The translations under genes were made by a program, and so were the position numbers. DNA of 64,000 nt from Ginglymostoma cirratum (taxonomy: Eukaryota). The notes under the pieces were generated by a model, which had not been told where the DNA came from, made no database searches, and was given only the letters and a program-made list of their open reading frames with translations. Shown here piece after piece: positions 1-11,885 of the stretch (positions are counted from its first letter, which is position 1; every line of letters begins with the position of its first letter). The stretch lies in the NCBI GenBank assembly GCA_024137785.1, contig JAHRHZ010000211.1:538012-602011 (forward strand), read 5' to 3'.

Positions 1-454
1 CCCTTATTAAACATCACACCTTACACCAATTGGAATGGGGGAAATAAACTGGCTGTCTTCAGATTTGAGATTTTTTTTTACTGCAGACAAAGCAGCTTCT
101 TCCCTTCTAGAAATCTAGTAGTTTCTGCCCTGGCCGATCATTGTTGTCAGGCAGAGGCTTTTCCCATCAATAAATGGCCCCTGTTTCACAACCAATCTGA
201 TACATATTGTTGGCCTAGCTCTCCCTAGTTCCAGCTTGTCTGTAACTAGACTTCTACATTGCTTGAACCAACAGCTGTGTAAACAGTGCTTACAGTGAGT
301 GTCAGCTGACTTGCTTTTTAAAATAAATGCAGCAATTGTTGGTCTTCAAACCAGTTCTTTCCCCATTTCAGTCCACAATGAAAAATCTGAAAAGAATTTT
401 AAAAATACAGATTTTGAAAAGGTAATTGATGAAGCAGCTGAAGATTGTTGGTTC

Positions 455-575
455 TCAGCACGCAGTGGTAGTGTTCCTACCTCTGAAACAAGAGGCCTGG
501 GTTGATGTCCCATCCTGTTCCAGAGGTGCCTAACAACACCTCTGAACAGGTTGAGTGGAAAATATGTGTGTTGAG
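455..575 (+). mobile_element. Short degenerate tRNA-derived SINE fragment
   Basis: A-box/B-box-like head (gcagtggtagtg...gggttgatgtccc); related copies near 8615-8705 (-), 41730-41815 (+) and 41855-41945 (-). Confidence 0.5.
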
Positions 576-811
576 GAACTGCTGCAACAATGTTCTGTGA
601 CTAAGATAACTGACCTCCAACAACCACCACCATTTTCCATTGTGCTCAGGTCTCAGCAGCAACTGTAGATTTCAGCCAGAGCATTCATAATTGGCTCAGT
701 GCCTCATGCTAATAAGGGGAACATCAGTCTTTTGGTACGTCAGTGGCTGGAGGTCAGGATTTGGCTGGACTCTGATTCTTTGCAATTAATCTGTTAACCT
801 TCTCCCTGTCC

Positions 812-960
812 AACTTTAAGGGCATTTAAATGGTCATTGGATAAATATATGGATGATAATGGAATAGTGTAGGTTAGATGGGCTTCAGATTGGTTTCACA
901 GGTTGGCGCAACATCGAGGGCCAAAGGGCCTGTACTGCGCTGTAATGTTCTATGTTCTAT
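812..960 (+). mobile_element. CR1/HER1 LINE 3' tail
   Basis: Near-identical to 62458-62598; ends in tgttcta repeats. Confidence 0.8.
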
Positions 961-1095
961 CCAGGCTTTAGCTTGAAGACCAATCCTCCCCTTTGGTGTG
1001 GGGTCTTTAGCAACTTTGCAGTTTGCTGGCATGGTCACAGCTTTCCCCAGAACACTGAGTATAAAATTAATCCGTTTCTTGTATTTTATTGACAG

Positions 1096-1172
1096 GGGTT
1101 TTGCCAGCACTGAAGACTGAGAAAGATGTTGTGTCACAGCCTCTCCAGATCCTTGCCTACCTCAGGAAACGG
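1096..1172 (+). CDS. mtx1: Metaxin-1 internal coding exon (77 nt): (G)VLPALKTEKDVVSQPLQILAYLRKR
   Basis: Acceptor gacag|GG, donor CGG|gtacat. Peptide resembles the metaxin N-terminal GST-like segment and joins in frame to the next exon. Confidence 0.88.
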
Positions 1173-1547
1173 GTACATCTTTATTTTTGTGAAAGTTCTT
1201 TCTGCCTGGAGTTGGGATTTCTTGTTATGATGTTGGTAGACAGATTTGAATTGTTTTACTAGGTGTTAAATCTTGAAGTAACATGTTGTTCACATAAAAT
1301 TTAAAACTTTAAATATTAATAAATGTGGTTGTTGGCTAGTACCACAAACGGAACAACCAATGATATGTATAATTTTATATGTTAGCTGAGACAAAATAAG
1401 GTTCATTTGGTTTGAACCAAGATATTCCCTGCTATATATGACAGAATGAAAGCCATCAGGAGACATAGCTCAACATGTGTAATTGTTGCAAGGTCCTGTG
1501 TTCACTGGTGGGATATCAGTGAATACAGTCATTTCAGCATGTCACCT

Positions 1548-2388
1548 GAGATAACAAGGTGTGGAGCTGGATGAACACAGCAGGCCAAGCAGCATCATAG
1601 GAGCAGGAAAGCTTGACGTTTCGGGCCGAGACCCTTCATCAGAAATGGGGGAGGGGAAGAGGGTTCTGAAATAAATAGGGACAGAGGGGGAGGCGGATAC
1701 AAGATGGATAGAGGAGAGGATAGGTGGAGAGGAGGCAGACAAGTCAAAGAGGCGGGGATGGAGCCAGTAAAGGTGAGTGTAGGTAGGGAGGAGATAGGTC
1801 AGTCCAGGGAGGACGGACAGGTCAAGGGGGCGGGATGAGGTTAGTAGATAGGAGATGGGGGTGGGGCTTGAGGTGGGAGGAGGGGATAGGTGAGAAGAAG
1901 AGCAGGTTAGGGAGGCGGGGATGAGCTGGGCTGGTTTTGGGATGCGGTAGGGGGAGGGGAGATTTTGAAGCTTGTGAAATCCACATTGATACCATTGGGC
2001 TGCAGGGTTCCCAGGCTGAATATGATTTGCTGTTCCTGCAGCCTTCGGGTGGCATCATTGTGGCATTGCAGGAGGCCCAGGATGGACATGTCGTCCGAGG
2101 AATGGGAGGTGGAGTTGAAATGGTTCGCGACTGGGAGGTGCAGTTGTTTGTTGCGAACTGAGCGCAGGTGTTCCCAGGGAGAAGCGCTTCTGAAGGGTCT
2201 CAATGTTCTGAATGTAGATATTGTCACGGTTGGGGCCAAATTGGGAAGGCTTGAATGTGGATTGTAGTCCATTGGGGATGATCTGGTTCCGTAGGCAGGT
2301 ACTAAGAAAGGTGATGTGGCTGTAGTACCTGGTTTGCTTCAGGACATGGTCGAGCAGTTTCAAGGCCGAAGAGATTATGAGAGTGTTC
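1548..2388 (-). mobile_element. Internally deleted Penelope-like element (N-terminal ORF piece joined to GIY-YIG C-terminus and pLTR)
   Basis: EHLRSVRNKQLHLPVANHFNSTSHS...LGTLQPNGIN is a PLE GIY-YIG end; hammerhead motif in the terminus; tgtcacct duplicated at 1540-1547 and 2389-2396. Confidence 0.85.
1615..1642 (-). ncRNA. Minimal hammerhead ribozyme motif of the PLE terminus
   Basis: Minus strand CTGATGA-a-gggt-ctcg-gccc-GAAAC-GTC: intact core boxes, 4-bp helix II, palindromic ACGT helix III. Helix I weak. Confidence 0.65.
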
Positions 2389-4481
2389 TGTCACCTCACT
2401 GACCCAAACCTCTTCGTACAGCCAAGGAGAAGGGGAGAATCATACTGTTGCTTTTTTCTTTCTGAATCTGAATGAACAGCATAATGCTAACTATGAAGCT
2501 TCTAACATCTCTGGAATGAAGGTTTGCTCCCTGACAGAGGTACCTGAGTGCAACTTGTGCTTGTTGAACTGGACCCAGAGCCTTCATAAGAGGAAAGTGG
2601 ATACTTAGATTGGCACATCCTGTATCATGTTGTTCTGGTTTGGAGAATCTGACTGTGTTTCTAAGCTTTTTAATGTGGAATCATGGTTAGTTTAACAGTT
2701 GTATAGGGGGTATCAGTGCCAAATTTTGTACCCCCAGAATTTATTGCAATATAGAGAGGTTACAGTAAACTCTACTACGTTGGAATTTGTACAAAAATTT
2801 AGCAATACTGGAGGAAGTGTACAAGTTCAGCCATCAGCTTGAGAAATTGCTTTCTGTTTGAGTCATCTTCCTGGGTTAGGCCACAAGTGATGAGAAATGC
2901 TGTTTGCTCCTGTCACCTTTGGGAGAGTTGGTGAGCTGCTCCCAGGTTTATGCTGCCAATGAAAGCCTACTCCTGTATGAGGTCACCCATTTAAGACCAA
3001 TAAGGAGATGTTCCTTCACTGGAGAGGGCTGCTGAAGCTGGGTCATTAAGTATATTCAAGGCTGAAACTGAAAATATTTTAATCAGTGAGTAAATGAAGA
3101 GTTCTGGGGGAACAGTCAGGAAAGTGAAATTGAAGATTATCAGATCAGCTGTGATCTCATTGAATGGCAGTGCAAACTTGATGGCCTACTTCTACTCCCA
3201 TGTCTTACGATCTTCTGGACAATACAAACACGTGATCATATTCCTCAGGTGACAGGTTTGTTATAGAATTCTGTAACCTTGTAAAGAGAGAGTTAGAGTC
3301 AGCAACCAAAGTTGTTCAGTCAAGCACTTCACATGGGAAGAAATCAAAACCTCTGAGTAATGGGAAACATAACTGGGAGTGAATGGGAGCTCATGCACAT
3401 GGATAATTTACAACTTTTGTTTCTAAAGAGATCGTTTTAAGCTGTATTATCACTGACATGAAACACTGTTAGTTACTAAAAACCGAAAGAACTGTGGATG
3501 CTAGTTAGTTGCTAGTCAGTTATTGGTGTTACAGAGACATAGAATCATACAGCATGGAAACCAACTATTTGGACCAACTCGTCCATGCCAACTAAATTTC
3601 CCAAACTAAACTAGTCCTATTTACCTGCGTTTGGCCCATAACATGAAAGAAGCATTGAAAGGTGATTTTTTTTTTTCCTGTTTTCTCACTTGACACAGCT
3701 TGAAACACCAAGAATCCCAACATCTTGGCTAAATTGTCACTTGTAACATTTGAGTTGAGAAGGTGAGGATCAGCGTGCTATTTACTTTAGGCAACAGTAC
3801 TGTGAAGCCTGATTCTCTCATGGCCATGTGCAGCAGCAACAGGTGACACTGAGAAGGGAGAGTAAAAATGTCCTACGTCTAATCCTGGCTGACATCAGGA
3901 CATCTGGGCTGGAGCCTGAGTTGTCTGCTCTAATCTGGCCTGTATGATGCAGGTCCTAAACTTCCCTGCAACTCACTCCCATCACCAGAGGCCTAGTAAA
4001 CCTGGTGTAGTGCTAGTAACTATAGCAACCTCCTATTTACATAAATTGGCCAGGAATATGATCCCTTCCATAGGAAATTCCTTTTTTTACTAAATACTTC
4101 CAAATTGCAGATGGTCATGAAAATTAATTGGTGTCAGGGAGGAGGTACAATTTTGCACATTTTGGTTTTGGATCAAATCTGAACTTTTAACTTTTCAGAT
4201 ACAAAAGTGACAGTTTCATTGTTGGCAAATTAAAAATATCTAATGAGCTGTGTTGTACAAAACCTCTCTTCCCAAGTGTATATATTCTACACATGAACTG
4301 TCCCAACACTTAAGATACAATGCAGCCTGTAACTTACTTCCAGCTGTCATTCTATAAAACTACTAAATATATTCAAACCATAACTTATTCCCTCTGAGTA
4401 TTCGTATGGTTTTTGGTGGAGCAGACTGTTGTGATATTGCTGCTGAACAACTGCTTACTAACATCGTCTTACTCTTCCTAG

Positions 4482-4574
4482 AAGTACAATGCTGACTACG
4501 GGCTCTCAGCAACACAGGCAGCGGACACACTTGCCTTTGCCTCTCTGATAGAAGAGAAGTTACTACCTGCACTG
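4482..4574 (+). CDS. mtx1: Metaxin-1 coding exon (93 nt): [31 protein letters not shown]
   Basis: ttcctag| acceptor, CTG|gtgagt donor. KYNADY...ADTLAF...EEKLLP is the hallmark metaxin-1/3 motif. Confidence 0.95.
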
Positions 4575-4664
4575 GTGAGTGCTGCATCAAGTCACAGCAC
4601 CTGGGGTCCTCCTCCTACTTTGTTAACGGTGTGACCCTATTTGTCTGGGATGTTTGTACTGAGA

Positions 4665-5024
4665 TTTTTAAAATTCATTCACAGGATCAGGGCATTGCTG
4701 GCTAGGCCAGTATCTATTGTGTATCCCTGATTGCCCAGAGGGCAGTTAAGAGGCAACCACATTGCTGTGGGTGTGGAGTCACATGTAGGCCAGACCAGGT
4801 AAGGACGGCAGTTTCCTTCCCTAAAGAACAGAAGTGAACCAGATGGGTTTTTCCCACAGTCGAAAATGGATTCGTGGTCATCACTAGATTCTTAAGTATA
4901 GATTTCTATTGAATTCAAATTTCACCATCTACCACGACGGGATTCTAACCTGGATCCCCAGAACATTAGGTTAGTCTCTGGATTAACAGTCCAGCGATAA
5001 TACCACTAGGCCATTGCCTCCCCC
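4665..5024 (-). mobile_element. tRNA-headed SINE (SacSINE1/DeuSINE-like)
   Basis: Minus strand head ggggaggcaatggcctagtgg...ggttagaatcc; shared core and tail with 28005-28346, 39002-39407 and 47368-47721. Confidence 0.75.
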
Positions 5025-5063
5025 TTAACTCCTGTTTCAGCTCCCTATCTTTTCTTTCCTCAG

Positions 5064-5246
5064 ATCTACATGTTTTGGGTTGACTCCAAGAATTATGTAT
5101 CGTTCACAAGGCCCTGGTACGGAGAGGCAATACCATTCCCACTGAATTTTTTCCTCCCGAACCGCATGCACACACGCTTCCTGGACCGTCTTCGCCTGAT
5201 CCGCGGTGGCCAGTGGCACGACAATGAGGAGGAAGCAGAGAATGAG
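5064..5246 (+). CDS. mtx1: Metaxin-1 coding exon (183 nt): IYMFWVDSKNYVSFTRPWYGEAIPFPLNFFLPNRM...EEAENE
   Basis: Polypyrimidine tract plus cag| acceptor, GAG|gtagaa donor. PFPLNFFLP motif as in MTX1; overlaps ORF 5070..5255. Confidence 0.95.
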
Positions 5247-5498
5247 GTAGAATGATTTCCAGCACCTTGGCTACTCCAGTTCAGAGGAATGGTTGTGGCA
5301 CAAACTTATAATTTAAAAGGTTTTTAAGTAGAACTTTTCCTTGAAGAAATCATGATCTTTAGTTACTGCGGGAGGTGTTTGGTCTCTAAGAATAAGCTCA
5401 GGAGTTGAATGAAGTCCTTAACAGAGTCAGTCTGGACAGCATGTGTTGCATTCAAGAATACCAAAAACTATAAAGTGTGAATATTTGCTTCTTTTCAG

Positions 5499-5575
5499 AT
5501 CTACAAAGAGGCCCATGAGTGCCTAACGCTGCTGTCTCAGAGGCTGGGGTCACATAAATTCTTTTTTGGAGACTC
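5499..5575 (+). CDS. mtx1: Metaxin-1 coding exon (77 nt): IYKEAHECLTLLSQRLGSHKFFFGD(S)
   Basis: cttttcag| acceptor, TC|gtaagt donor. ECLTLLSQRLGSxKFFFGD as in the MTX1 GST-C-like domain. Confidence 0.95.
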
Positions 5576-6250
5576 GTAAGTAGTTTGTTCTTTCTCTGCC
5601 ATGGAGATGAAGGGTTGATTATTTTTGCATTGTTGATGACTGTGATATAAGAGCAGGCTCGAGCAAACACGTGGGCACCTGGCCACAGGTGGACCCGAAA
5701 GATGGGTGAGATGGGCAGAGATTTCTGGCCAGACAGTAAGATTCAGGTGGGTAGTAGTAGGTCCCCATCTTCTCCTGAAGGTGCTGACCCTCGCCAGGGT
5801 ACATGGTCCCCTTCCTCTTCTGAAGGTGCTGACCCTGACTAAGCTTTGACTTGTAAGTATGTCATCATTCCTCCATTGTCACTACTGAAACTCCCTAACT
5901 CTGAGTTTAAGGTTTATCTTCCCCATGTGGATTGCATCAGTACCTGAAAGTAACTTCTCTCAATCTCCTTAGTGGTAACTGGGGATGGGCAATAAATCGT
6001 AGCCTTGGCAGCAAAGCTCGTGTTCCATGAACGAATAAAAGAAACACACATTCTGCACAGACCCACCAATGAGCACAATCGGGAACTGTACACTGTGGCT
6101 TTGCTGGCAGAGCACTTACTCAGTTGATGAAAAGTAACATTATGTTCTGGCACAGGAGTTTGTGTTGGATGCAATGTGTGCCATTTCCCTGCAGTTTTCT
6201 TACCTATGTCAGGGTTGCTGTGTTTAATGATGTGTCTCCTTCTGCTTTAG

Positions 6251-6408
6251 ACCCAGCTCCTTAGATGCCATTGTGTTTGGACACTTGGCACCAATTCTGA
6301 AGGCAAAACTACCCAACAGTAAACTGCAGCAACATCTGCGTTCTCTTGACAACCTGTGTGCACTCTGCACGTCCATCCTTGGTCTTTATTTTCCAAATGA
6401 CAGTTCAG
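6251..6408 (+). CDS. mtx1: Metaxin-1 coding exon (158 nt): PSSLDAIVFGHLAPILKAKLPNSKLQQHLRSLDNLCALCTSILGLYFPNDSS
   Basis: ctttag| acceptor, CAG|gtaatc donor. Phase continuous with both neighbours. Confidence 0.95.
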
Positions 6409-6651
6409 GTAATCTTGGACAAACTTTGCTGAGCCTGCCTTGGCCAAAATAGCAATCAATTTTGGTGTTTATTTGTGGGATCTTGCTATGCATAAATTTA
6501 CCTCCACTTTTGCCTGTGTAATGGCGCTAACTTTGTGTCAGAGTCATTCATTTATTGGGAAGAGTATCTCAAGAACATGCTGAAGCATAACATCAACATA
6601 CACACTTTCCTCCCCATCTGTGTTCATACTATATTCCTGGTTTTGTTTCAG

Positions 6652-6875
6652 ACACTGACCGTAGTTCCAAGAAAGTTCCCCGGAATAACTCATCGGATTC
6701 TGATGAGGACCCTCATAAGAGACGCAATCAGATCCTCTCGGTGCTGGTGGGGCTCTCTGCCATGATTGGTTACGCTTTCCTCAGTGGTATTCTCTCCATC
6801 CACCGGGTATCAACCCATAATTCATTGAGGCAGCCCTCCCCTCTGGAAGATGACGAAGTTGATGAGGGACAGTGA
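6652..6875 (+). CDS. mtx1: Metaxin-1 last coding exon with C-terminal transmembrane anchor: ...EDPHKRRNQILSVLVGLSAMIGYAFLSGILSIH...EDDEVDEGQ*
   Basis: tttcag| acceptor, TGA at 6873-6875. RRNQILSVL plus hydrophobic anchor and acidic tail fit MTX1 rather than MTX2/MTX3. Confidence 0.93.
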
Positions 6876-6887
6876 GAGTCTGAGTTG

Positions 6888-6953
6888 TGGGGGTTGGGGG
6901 CAGTAATAGAGTGAGGGGCATGGGGGGGGGGGGGGAGGAGGAGGAGGAGGAGG
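6888..6953 (+). repeat. G-runs plus (GGA)n microsatellite just after the mtx1 stop
   Basis: ggggg-tt-ggggg...gggg-cat-long G run-(agg)n read directly. Confidence 0.9.
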
Positions 6954-7343
6954 GACTACTGCATGTAAGTGGGACCATTTTGTCAAGTAACAGATGTATG
7001 GCCTGACAATAGATTTGAGCACTTATTGATTTGTATTTTGTAACATCTGAAGATACAGTTAGTTCAGGGTCTTAAAACCTACAGCAAAGGACTGGGCCAA
7101 AAGAAATGATATAATACTGTCCCCAATTTGTTGGTGTGGGGAAGGTGCTGTGAATGTAGCTCCCACTGTAACAGTGTGATGACAGGGACAGTGTCTCACT
7201 TCTTTGATAATTCATGTCTAGTACTAAAATAACATTTCATTATTAGTGATTGAGGTTTGAAGCCAGGTATCAAATACTGTGTAATTCAAAGTCAAGGTTG
7301 TACTTGAAACACAAGACTTAAGTACAAGTTCTTGTAAAACTGA

Positions 7344-7349
7344 AATAAA
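7344..7349 (+). promoter_or_regulatory. Candidate mtx1 polyadenylation signal
   Basis: First AATAAA seen after the stop (about 470 nt downstream), followed by T-rich sequence. Confidence 0.55.
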
Positions 7350-8119
7350 ATCTCCCTCTAATGTTTATTAACCCAAAGGATTTTAGTTTGCGCTGTACCC
7401 GTTCTGCCTTGAGTAGTTATGGGTCCTGAGCATTCTCTGTTCTACTGTCTTGTCCCAACCTGCATGTTCCCTAGTCAGTACAGACTTTGAAGGAAGATCA
7501 CATTTTAGTCCCAGTCTGGGAATGTATCCCACTTTCTGGAATAGGTTTCAGAACAAACAAGGCAGTTTATTATCCATTATTCAAGTTTTGTATCTGTTCC
7601 GCTCATGTCATCTAATGAAAATGTTAAACCTAAGCACACACTCTTCTTCTTCAGTACCTATGAAGAGGAGTACTAGATAATGGTTCAGAGTGAGAATACT
7701 GGGGAAAATGCTTTTCTCTCCCCACTAGCAATATGCTTGCTACTCTGGCCAAATAAAATAAGAACCCAGTCGGCCACTGTTTAACTGTTGCTTAGCTCAG
7801 TTGGCTGTTACTTTCATGTGAAATTTAGCACCTCTGTGGTGTCTGACATAAACATTCTTTCATTCACTGATGGACTTGGTGCCAGTTCTCTAATGTTGGA
7901 GGATAGCTTATTTTGTTTGATTGCCTGTTGTTCAGGAACAAAGTTCCATTTTGAACTGTGGAAAATGTAACAGCTTTGACCAATGAATAAACTGGTGAAA
8001 TGTAGATTGTATCCAGAAGCATCCTTTATTTTCATGATCGTAGTGTGAGGATGAGGGGAGTTTCAGAAAACATACCGTTGAGCTCTTCTCTTCACTCTCT
8101 CCAATGGACTGATACCAAA

Positions 8120-8300
8120 GGGGCGTGGAATGTATTGCCAGTGAGGGTAGTGGAGGCAGCCTCATTAGGGGCATTTAAGTGGCTATTAGATAGGCATATG
8201 GATGATAGTATAAAGGTAGGGGTGGAGGTTAAATAGACCTTAGGTTTAGGGTAAAAGTTCAGCACAACATCGTAGGCTGAAGGGCCTGTACAGTTCTGTG
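8120..8300 (+). mobile_element. CR1/HER1 LINE 3' fragment
   Basis: AWNVLPVRVVEAASLGAFKWLLDRHM is a CR1 ORF2 C-terminus, followed by the 3' tail. Confidence 0.8.
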
Positions 8301-11300
8301 AAAGGACATGAAACTGACAAGTAGCTGCGGCACCTACAGTCTGCCTTTGTTTGTTTGCTTTGTTCTGCAATTTAAACAGACTCCACTATTCTCCGAGGAA
8401 CAGGGCTTGTCACTAAGCTCAAACAACTACATGCATTTATTCAAGAGAATGGATTCATTTCTGCAGTGATAGGGCACCACTGCTGGTGGGAAGGTGTATT
8501 TACAGCATAAGCTTACAAAAGCAAATCCTGTTTGAAACCAGGACCTGGAAATTAGAATGGGAGAGAAGTTGTCTCAAAAATAATACTAGATTTTATCAGC
8601 AACCTGCTCAGCTCAGATGTGTTGTGACACACTTCTGGACCAGGTAGGACTTGAACCCTGGCCTTCTAGTCTAGAGGTATGGGCACTATCACTGTGCCAC
8701 AAGAGTCCTAGCCTACTGTCTCTATTCCTTTCTCTTTTACATAGAGATCATTCTGGGCAGATCCTGGATGTATCAGGAAAAGGACACAGGCCCTGCCTCA
8801 GGCTCACGAACCAAATAGCGAATCTTGAACCTTGTCGCCTGGCTGCCCTCCCACCTTCCAGTTTCACTGCCTAACTTTCATCTGGTCCTGTTCACCTCTA
8901 CTGAGTATGTACAAATTGTTCACACAGTGACTGGTGCTTAAGATCTCGAATGCAGTGCCCAAGAAGGTTGATGGAAGCAGTCTCAATCAAAACTTTCAAA
9001 AGGGAATTGTTGCTTTTTCAAATGCAGGATAACCATGCACAGGATTATAGGGAGATGATGAGTGAATGGCATTAGGTAAGCTGTTCAGTTGGAGAGTCAG
9101 TGCAGGCAACAATGAATCAAATGGCCTCCTACAGCATAGCAATGTTGTGATTGTCCATATTTGGCAGCACCGCTTTGGCTCACACTACCCAGCTGTTGGG
9201 GATTGTACTACCACAGAAGTAGAGCAGTTCACATTTTGTGTCCACCTGAGAACACGCATACACTATTCCAGAGGCCATCCAATTAATTTCACTGTACCCA
9301 AGCAAGCTGAGCGGAACAGAATTCAAGACAGGTCGTTAATAGAAAGTGACAATAAATGCAAACCTTTCTTTCAACAATCTGAAACCTACCTCTACAGAAA
9401 CACTGCAAATATAGAGAAGTTTTTTTTTGGTTCCTGCAGAAATTGTTACCACAACTAATTCTATAAATAGGAAAAAAAAATTTGCCTTTGAGAGACTTGG
9501 ACCCTATCAACATACTTTGCAGCCAATTACTTTTGAAGTGTAATTCCAACGTAGAAAACAACAGCCAATGCATGCACAGAAAGCTCCCACAAAAAAAAAT
9601 GGTAACAAGCATATAATCTGCTTTGTGATCTTGTTTGGAGGAGAAATATTGGTCAGGATACCAGGAACTCACCCCCATTTAAGGTTACATCTATTTATGT
9701 CTTCCTATCCACCACTTGTTCTTGGTGCCAGAGGTTTTATGCTTTTGGAGGCCTGTAGGATTACTACTTTTCCTCGAGGCATGGCAAAGTTTCAAGTCTG
9801 TGAAAATTTTACACTTAGCCTCAATTAATTCCTGTAACTCTTGGTCATCTTTGTTAAAACGGTTCTGGTGTTTTGTCACCAAGCCAAGGACCTCTTTTCA
9901 GATGCTTGAGCTTGTAGACTTTAAGGTTGACCATGGACAGTGTAGAACCCCAGGTGTTTGGATGACAAGGACTGCCTCAGTAGGATCTTTGAGGTCCTTC
10001 ATGTTAATTTCTTACAGTATTATTTGTGGCCTTTGATATTTGGGAGCTTTGTTGATGACTACCAAATTGTGTTATACTGTGGGTCGTGTAGATATTCCTG
10101 CAATTTCTAACTCAAATGAGAACAAAGTCAAATAAATGCTAGTGTTGCCCAGAAGTCTTGTGTTTGATCAACTGCTAGAACCAGGGTATTGGCAATGACC
10201 AGTCCGTGTTCTCAGATTCAGTTAGGAGAACCAATACCTTGAAGTTTGCTTTCCCTTACACATTCCTCATCTACCCCTCCAGAGACACAGCTCTTTTCTG
10301 ACTCTGTTTTCTGAGATTTTAAATAGCAGTTTGGCACCTGAGACTCAGGCTAGAGATTGCTCAAGGTCAATGCAGAAACGTCCCCTGCCCACCTATGGCC
10401 TTGTGGTGGAACAATCCCAAAGTGCTGATGATTTGGATTGCAATCAATCACGAGTCAGTCATTCAGTGAACTCAGGTGTGGGGGCGGGGAAAGAAGAGGG
10501 GAAGCGAGGAGAATTGCTGTGCACTGCCAGAGGAGCTTATTTTTATGGGAAAATCCCATACTTGGTACCTTCAATCTACTTTCGGAAGGTTTTTCAAAAG
10601 AAAGGTGCGCCTTCTGCCTTGTTCCTTCAGTTTGCCTTCTCCTGTATGTAGTGTCTCTCCAGTGGGGGCTGCAGTAACATGAGTGCCAGTGGCCTTGCCT
10701 AGGGCAGCTGATTGTGAAGCTGCAAACATCCCACTTGTCAAAATGAAGTTTGACAAGTAGGTGTGCACAGACATCAATTTGTATTAACAAAGGAAGATCT
10801 TTGCAAACCAATTGTCATACGGTCCAATAGCAAGTGGATTTCGAGAAGACTGGAGACCAGGTTGAGCAATGATACAGCAGCATAGACTTTGTAAGGTGAC
10901 ATACAGGTGCACAATGGAGGGCAATTTATTGCTACATCAACTGAACAGGCTGGGCTGAGGGCTCCTAACATGTCAGACTAAACATTTCCCTTCACTCCCG
11001 GTGACCTCAGTTTTGTTTGATGTCACTTGTGTGAACGCATTAAATGTTAGCTGAAGCTTCAATAACTAACGAACCTTGACAGATGACTGGACATTGTTGC
11101 ATACTCCACAATGTGTCAAAGTTATCACAAAACAGCCCTGTCTACCTGCGCAAATGGAATCCCAGGAAGAAGACAGTTATTAAAACTTTGTAAGTGATGT
11201 TTACATTGCTGCTTTTTTCAATGAGTACCAGGTGATGTATAAAATGAGACTTATTGGTCTGTGGAATGGCGACCAGTTGTTAATGATGAAGTTAAACAGA

Positions 11301-11649
11301 ACCTGGAGAAGTGAAATTAACAGCAAGTACTGACAAATAAAAAGGATCATCGCAGCGAACCAGAGACAGGGACTGCTGGACTGCCTTCCCAGCTTTTCCC
11401 TCCAACCATAACACCAATGTCCTTGAGTCTGTGTGTATACCGGGGCGGGGGGGGGGGGGGGGGGAAACAAAGAGTTATAATTGTTTATCTGTAGCTAAAG
11501 TCTATTCATTTGTAATAAATTGTAATTGGTGTTCAGCACTGAACCATGGCCCATACTTTCTGTAAAGCTGGGTCTGAAAAGACGAGTAAATTGGGGAATT
11601 TTAAATGCTCTGAGAAGAGTGGGATTTGTTTTCAGCATCAGTGAGACAA

Positions 11650-11885
11650 CGTAAACAAACAGGAGGCTGGAAGAACACAGCAAGCCAGGCAGCATCTGGA
11701 GGAAAGGAACAGTCAATGCTTTGGCTTTTGCCCTAGTTTAGGGCTGGATGTGGGAGTATGGGGAGGGGTGGAAGCAGAAGCAGAAGCAGAATCCAGATGC
11801 TGCTTGGCTTGGTGCTCTTCCAGCCTCCTGTCTGTCTGTCTGTCTACCTTAGATTCCAGTATATGCAGTTTTTTTTTGTCTCTGT
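11650..11885. mobile_element. Penelope-derived fold-back insertion
   Basis: Inverted arms 11661-11700 / 11792-11829; tcagtgagacaa duplicated at 11638-11649 and 11886-11897. Confidence 0.7.

Noticed and set aside
5777-5836. 16-bp direct repeat tgaaggtgctgaccct with a spacer, superficially CRISPR-like
   Set aside because: Only two copies in a vertebrate intron; a local duplication.
1096-6875. Calling the gene MTX3 or MTX2
   Set aside because: PFPLNFFLP and the RRNQILSVL transmembrane tail fit MTX1.
6781-7022. Poly-proline and poly-serine ORFs on the minus strand (also 11201..11470)
   Set aside because: Translations of G-runs and (GGA)n microsatellites.
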